From assembly GCA_964450065.1 (NCBI GenBank), contig CAYVGR010000001.1, forward strand, positions 1 through 54,483: a stretch of 54,483 nt of DNA, written 5' to 3'. The notes under the pieces are model-generated. The model had not been told where the DNA came from and made no database searches. It was given only the letters and a program-made list of their open reading frames with translations. Shown here piece by piece: positions 54,257 through 54,483 of this stretch. Position numbers and translations under genes: made by a program. How positions within the stretch are numbered: position 1 is the stretch's first letter; every line of letters starts with the position of its first letter. The DNA comes from an uncultured Prevotella sp. (GTDB taxonomy: Bacteria > Bacteroidota > Bacteroidia > Bacteroidales > Bacteroidaceae).

Positions 54257-54483
54257 ATGAAACTAAATGGAATAGATATAGATAAATTTTTAGACTCATT
54301 AAAAGATGAGAAAGAAAAAAAAGAAGTACTTAATATATTACAGGAATACGCTAAAGATGGAAAATCTAAAACATACGAAGAGATAATGTTAGAAGATTAT
54401 GAAGAAATCCCAGTAGATATTAGAACATTTATAACAGATCCATTATATCTAGGAAATTCATATGTAGACGAATCAGGAAAATG
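54257..54483 (+). CDS. Probable terminase large subunit, N-terminus (truncated by window end)
   Basis: YEEIPVDIRTFITDPLYLG resembles a TerL N-terminal motif; ATPase motifs lie outside the window. Confidence 0.6.
   Translation, partial: MKLNGIDIDKFLDSLKDEKEKKEVLNILQEYAKDGKSKTYEEIMLEDYEEIPVDIRTFITDPLYLGNSYVDESGK

Noticed and set aside
232-54299. All minus-strand ORFs in the track
   Set aside because: Leu/Phe/Ser/Ile-rich shadows of A-rich plus-strand genes; no RBS or family motifs; overlapped by well-supported genes
1-54483. tRNA, rRNA, integrase or IS elements
   Set aside because: None recognised; intergenic gaps are short and show no cloverleaf by eye (tRNAscan-SE would be decisive)

Overview
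A 54.5 kb, AT-rich, all-plus-strand segment of a tailed phage with a T4-like contractile-tail (myovirus) morphogenesis module. It runs from inside the major capsid gene to the probable start of the large terminase, so it may be most of a compact genome. The phage reads TGA as Trp (genetic code 4): many ORFs in the supplied track are fragments that join in frame across TGA codons at conserved Trp positions, and the coordinates below are re-called on that basis. Order: capsid gene split by a group I intron (55-1106) carrying a PD-(D/E)XK endonuclease; free-standing Hef-like endonuclease; head, neck, tail and baseplate genes (to 25184); terminator and sigma-A-type promoter; small early genes including a GGDEF enzyme; SNF2 helicase; sigma-like factor; a bacterial-style replisome (initiator, DnaC-like loader, DnaB, primase, SSB, PolA, DnaN, DnaX, HolB, HolA); RecA, resolvases, SbcCD; regulators; terminase. 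The most notable system lies between polA and dnaN: tandem preQ1-I riboswitch-like aptamers, then yhhQ, an SDR, a YgjV-like membrane protein, a GNAT and a TGT/DpdA-fold enzyme. The GNAT and TGT-fold proteins end in a K-x-S-L-I peptide also found at the PolA N-terminus and (as KSLV) at the clamp-binding site of HolA. This suggests salvage-fed, clamp-tethered 7-deazaguanine DNA modification. All calls come from reading motifs by eye; no searches were run.
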